Virus record (IMG/VR): IMGVR_UViG_3300048606_000075
Coordinates: 25,816-89,815 of that record
DNA length: 64,000 nt
Strand: one strand, 5' to 3'
Source of the DNA: a virus
Lineage: Duplodnaviria > Caudoviricetes
The notes below the pieces were generated by a model. That model searched no databases. It saw only the letters and a list, made by a program, of their open reading frames with translations, and was not told the DNA's origin. The position numbers were made by a program, and so were the translations under genes. Shown in pieces: positions 63,464-64,000 of the stretch (its first letter is position 1; each line of letters starts with the position of its first letter).

Positions 63464-63534
63464 AGCCCTAGACCAGAATCGAACTGGCGTCGTCAGCTTG
63501 GCAAGCTGACGTGTTCCCACTACACCACTAGGAC
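63464..63534 (-). tRNA. tRNA-Gly(GCC)
   Basis: TCAGC-TTGCCAA-GCTGA; U73. Confidence 0.9.
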
Positions 63535-63587
63535 AAAGCCTGGGCAGTCCCGTAGGACGCCCAGGAGTTAGACGTGCTGCACGTGCG

Positions 63588-63661
63588 AACCCCGAAAGAG
63601 AATCGAACTCTCACCAACACGTTGGAAGCGTGTCATGCACAATCCAGTACACCACCGAGGC
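63588..63661 (-). tRNA. tRNA-Gly(TCC)
   Basis: ACACG-CTTCCAA-CGTGT; U73. Confidence 0.88.
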
Positions 63662-63734
63662 TTGGACCTGGCTTAACGGACCAGGTAAAGCGGCCTAGCA
63701 TCGAGGCCCCGCAGCACGGGCCAGTGCCATCCAG

Positions 63735-63808
63735 AGCTGCTGACAGGAATTGAACCCGCGTCCTCTTGCTTACAAGGCAAGTGCTCGACCAGCGTGAGCT
63801 ACAACAGC
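63735..63808 (-). tRNA. tRNA-Thr(TGT)
   Basis: CTTGC-CTTGTAA-GCAAG. Confidence 0.88.
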
Positions 63809-63820
63809 ATACTACTTGCG

Positions 63821-63893
63821 TACCTCGTAAGGGATTCGAACCCCCTCCGTCAGTTCCGAAGACTGAAGTGCTTGTCCATTACACCAACGAGGC
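63821..63893 (-). tRNA. tRNA-Arg(TCG)
   Basis: TCAGT-CTTCGGA-ACTGA. Confidence 0.88.
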
Positions 63894-63949
63894 TTAGACA
63901 GCATACTTTCTGGGCACCGTAGTGTTACCAGCTGCTATGCCAGACATCG

Positions 63950-64000
63950 TGGAACCGACAGGCATCGAACCTGCGACCTCCTGTGTGCAAAACAGGCGCT
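63950..64000 (-). tRNA. tRNA-Ala(TGC), 5' end outside the window
   Basis: CCTGT-TTTGCAC-ACAGG; T arm; U70 and A73. Confidence 0.8.

Overview
64 kb slice of a large tailed dsDNA phage, probably a long-tailed siphovirus of a high-GC actinomycete (class F sortase, actinophage-type M15 endolysin, many leaderless-looking starts). Every credible gene is on the minus strand. In transcription order (right to left): a tRNA array (22 complete tRNAs plus 1 truncated, two homing endonucleases, several unexplained structured RNAs); replication/nucleotide genes (glycosyltransferase, metallophosphoesterase, half-SbcC, MazG-like, dcd, dnaX); endolysin; a block of tail-fibre and receptor-binding genes including a PL7 lyase; membrane genes; a sortase plus substrate pair; a metalloprotease; terminase; Mu-type portal; a 2826-aa MuF protein with a HipA/PI3K-like kinase and a putative ART domain followed by two coupled small genes; Mu-type protease/scaffold; decoration protein; lambda-E-type capsid; a 7 kb island of small genes; holin; neck genes; a GT4 glycosyltransferase; major tail protein; frameshifting tail chaperones; a 2545-aa LysM-bearing tape measure; and a minor tail gene that runs off the window. 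All family assignments come from motif recognition by eye; no database search or folding program was run.
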